A DNA stretch of 64,000 bases from Dehalococcoidia bacterium (GTDB taxonomy: Bacteria > Chloroflexota > Dehalococcoidia > Bin125), in the NCBI GenBank assembly GCA_963662615.2, contig CAXXSR010000001.1, forward strand, positions 96,001-160,000, given 5' to 3'. A model generated the notes under the pieces. It was not told where the DNA came from. It saw only the letters and a list, made by a program, of their open reading frames with translations, and searched no databases. Shown here piece after piece: positions 61,492-64,000 of this stretch. A program made the translations under genes and the position numbers. Position 1 is the first letter of the stretch; every line of letters starts with the position of its first letter.

Positions 61492-61761
61492 CCTCGCACC
61501 CTCTTCCTACCTGCCCGTGCCGATCGGGCTCGCGCACAGGATCGCCCCCGCCCGCCGTCCCACGCAACCCCCACCCCGCGACCCCCGCTGCCGCCAACGC
61601 CGAGAGCCCGTCTGCTTCGTCGTCGTCCGAGAAACCGCCGCTCCCTGAGGGAGGGAGAGTTGCGGGAGCCTCGGGAATAGCTGGTTCGCCCGTCGGCGCC
61701 TCCAGCGTCGTATCAGCGCTGCGATCGCGTGCGCTTGCCGGATCGATTTCATGATGCCAAG

Positions 61762-61803
61762 TTCGACCCTTTGTCGGACAGATCCGTCCGACCTAGAATC
61801 CTG
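61762..61803. repeat. 42-bp palindrome copy
   Basis: TTCGAC CCTTTG TCGGAC AGATCC GTCCGA CCTAGA ATCCTG. Confidence 0.75.
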
Positions 61804-61868
61804 CACAGCGCACCGTCGGGTAGGCGTGTGGGCTCTAGAGCCGGACGTTGCGCTTGCCGACTCCTGAA

Positions 61869-61910
61869 TCGGACTCAATGTCGGACGGACGTGTTCGACA
61901 TCGAGTGCAA
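61869..61910. repeat. 42-bp palindrome copy
   Basis: TCGGAC TCAATG TCGGAC GGACGT GTTCGA CATCGA GTGCAA. Confidence 0.75.
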
Positions 61911-61968
61911 GTCGACGCGAGCCGGGGGGTCGGATCCGCGTTCGCGGAGCTTCCAGAAAGGTGCACGA

Positions 61969-62769
61969 ATGATCGCAGACCTGACAGGGAAGAAGGCGCT
62001 GGTCACCGGCGCCGGATCGGGGATTGGCAAAGGCATCGCGGAGGTCTTGGCCGCTCAGGGCGCCTCGGTGGTGGTCGCGGACCTGAACGAGGCTTCCGCC
62101 GAAGCCGTGGCCAGAGGCCTTCCCGATGGCCGCGCGCTGGCGCTCCATCTCGACGTCGGCGATCCCGCATCGGTCGAGGAAGCAGTGGAGCGAATGCGCT
62201 CCGAATGGGGCGCGCTGGATATCCTGGTCAACAACGCGGGCGTCCGCTCCGCGAGCGGCGAGCCGCGGGCGCTGGACCAAGAGGAGGACTGGGACGCCAC
62301 GCTGAACGTGAACCTGCGCGGTACGGTGCGATGCTGCAACGCCGTCGTGCCGCACATGCGCGCTCGTCGCTCCGGCAAGATCATTAATATCGCCTCCATG
62401 GCGGGACATGCCAGCCGCCGCACCGGCGCAGCGTACGGCGTGAGCAAGGCGGCGGTCCTTCGCTACACGAAGGGGCTGGCCGCGGAGCTGGCTACCGACG
62501 ACATCAATGTGAACGCGATCTGTCCAGGAGCGGTCTGGACGCCTTTGCAGGAGACGGGTGAGCGGGCGAGGGCCGGACTCGACGCCGGCGTGCCCAGCGC
62601 CGAAGTCGAGAAAGGCTTCATTGAGCGGTACAAGGCCGTTATCCCGCTGGGACGCGCGCAGACCGTCGAGGACATCGGCAAGGTGGCAGCGTTCCTGGCG
62701 TCGGACGATGCGCGCAACATCACCGGTCAGTGCATCCACGTCGACGGCGGGGCAATTCTGCGCGACTGA
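61969..62769 (+). CDS. Short-chain dehydrogenase/reductase (SDR)
   Basis: TGAGSGIG, NNAG and YGVSK motifs. Confidence 0.93.
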   Translation: MIADLTGKKALVTGAGSGIGKGIAEVLAAQGASVVVADLNEASAEAVARGLPDGRALALHLDVGDPASVEEAVERMRSEWGALDILVNNAGVRSASGEPRALDQEEDWDATLNVNLRGTVRCCNAVVPHMRARRSGKIINIASMAGHASRRTGAAYGVSKAAVLRYTKGLAAELATDDINVNAICPGAVWTPLQETGERARAGLDAGVPSAEVEKGFIERYKAVIPLGRAQTVEDIGKVAAFLASDDARNITGQCIHVDGGAILRD

Positions 62770-63097
62770 GCCGCGGCGGCTGGATCAGATCGTGAGCGGA
62801 TGGGTTGGGGCCGGCCGCCTGAAGTCGAACTCCATTGCAGCAATGACCGAGGGAACCGCCGGCGGCGTCGAACAGGCGGACTTAGGGAACGCGCCACTCG
62901 AACGCGCGCGTGGTGTCGAAGAGGGCTCTCGGACAGCAAGCTCAGTTCAAAGCCGGCCTCGTGAGCGGTGCGCAAAAGGCGAATTCGTTGACCGTGTCGC
63001 GTAGACGCGCGTTGGCGACTCTGCAGGTGCTGCACCTGGGCATTGGCGGCGCAACCGACAAGGTCGGGACGCACTGAAGGCCTCTGGACCTCTCTGG

Positions 63098-63736
63098 CTA
63101 TTCGGCCTTCCCCGCGCGCGGGGCCAGGGCGTTCCATACATCCCCCAGGGCGTAGACTTGCTTGAACGTCTGAGAGACTCCCTGCCACATCTCCTCCCGC
63201 GCCCGGTCAGCTCCTCCCTCGTCGCCAGCGGCCAGGGCCAGTTTGAGCTGGGTGGAAATCACCTCCTGCCTTTGTGCGGCTTCGCGCGCAGCTTTGGCCG
63301 CGGACTGGGCCGCGGCGACGAAACGGTCGATCAGGGTGTCCACGGGCGTCTGCGTATCGGTTTCAACATCGTAGGCAGGGGAGGGCCTGAAGCGGGTGGG
63401 GTGGCGGCTGCCATCCTCATTGCGACCGGTGTGGGTTGGCTGGATGTGGGGGGTGACCGACAGGTACATGATCATGGGTTCACTGCCTGGGTTCCGCACC
63501 TGGTGGGGCTCGTCGACCAGGGCGACACACAGTTGCCCCGGACCCAGCTCGGCTTCTTCGCCCGCGATTTTGAAGTGGGCTCTGCCCTGCAGGATCAGGA
63601 AGATCTCGTGACCCAGGTCGTGACTATGCAGGTCGCCCACCTGTCCAGGCTCATAGCGAAAAAACCGGGAGCGAATCTGCGGGGTGACCAAGATATTGCG
63701 GCTGTCGCGCTTTGAGTCGAAGACTTGAATAGGCAT
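63098..63736 (-). CDS. Cupin domain protein
   Basis: HSHDLGHE and DEPHQVRN motifs. Confidence 0.85.
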   Translation of the reverse strand: MPIQVFDSKRDSRNILVTPQIRSRFFRYEPGQVGDLHSHDLGHEIFLILQGRAHFKIAGEEAELGPGQLCVALVDEPHQVRNPGSEPMIMYLSVTPHIQPTHTGRNEDGSRHPTRFRPSPAYDVETDTQTPVDTLIDRFVAAAQSAAKAAREAAQRQEVISTQLKLALAAGDEGGADRAREEMWQGVSQTFKQVYALGDVWNALAPRAGKAE

Positions 63737-63827
63737 GCTTCTTCTCCCTCTGAGTCGTCCGGCTCGTCCATCTTAGGCCGACGCCAGCGCGGTTCTGAGC
63801 CTGCCCCGGTCCCCCGGAACGTTCGCG

Positions 63828-63928
63828 TCTCGAGATCATGCCGCAAGTCCTGTCCGAGATACAGTTCACCTTGGGAACACGCGGTCGCCAGGCAGGGTGG
63901 GATCCAGCCTGTCCCACATAGAGTCCTT
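63828..63928. repeat. Two partial (right-half) palindrome copies
   Basis: AGTCCT GTCCGA GATACA GTTCAC (63846-63869) and CAGCCT GTCCCA CATAGA GTCCTT (63905-63928). Confidence 0.55.
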
Positions 63929-64000
63929 GCGCCTCAGATGCGAAGACCGCGGGGAGCACCAGGCTCCTTTTGCTCCCTAGCCGCACGACACCGCTCTGTG

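Noticed and set aside
1935-63928. Palindromes as a CRISPR array or classical integron attC sites
   Set aside because: Spacing is irregular (tens of bp to 10 kb), there are no cas genes, no RYYYAAC/GTTRRRY ends are seen, flanking genes point both ways, and no intact IntI is present.

Overview
High-GC bacterial DNA. The gene content (several luciferase-like monooxygenases, an F420-dependent nitroreductase, enoyl-CoA hydratases, LivJ-like binding proteins, a surface protein with GWNLV repeats) suggests Chloroflexota/Dehalococcoidia; this is an inference. The window is a mosaic of 1-2 gene modules (typA, two msrA copies, tcuA, amidase, penicillin acylase, ComD/E-like pair, MFS, enolase, SDR and others) mixed with about 20 truncated or interrupted genes. 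A decaying conflict/lysis cluster sits at 3.4-11.9 kb (holin-like, M23, LysM; SIR2 plus membrane-anchored STAND NTPase; patatin; EEP nuclease; papain-like peptidase). The main signal is not in the ORF track. (1) About 23 copies, some partial or degenerate, of a 42-bp four-box palindrome (TCGGAC-N6-TCGGAC-N6-GTCCGA-N6-GTCCGA), plus 3 copies of a 71-bp long form, lie at module boundaries. (2) There are five co-oriented 3' relics of one tyrosine-recombinase family. (3) There are four co-oriented tRNA-Gly(CCC) att-like fragments, giving one empty int-att site and two int-cargo-att arrangements, and the msrA duplication ends at the att core. These may be footprints of an undescribed site-specific gene-capture/shuffling system, but no intact recombinase is present in the window. 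Many orphan IS ends and a small MITE are also present. All alignments were done by eye.
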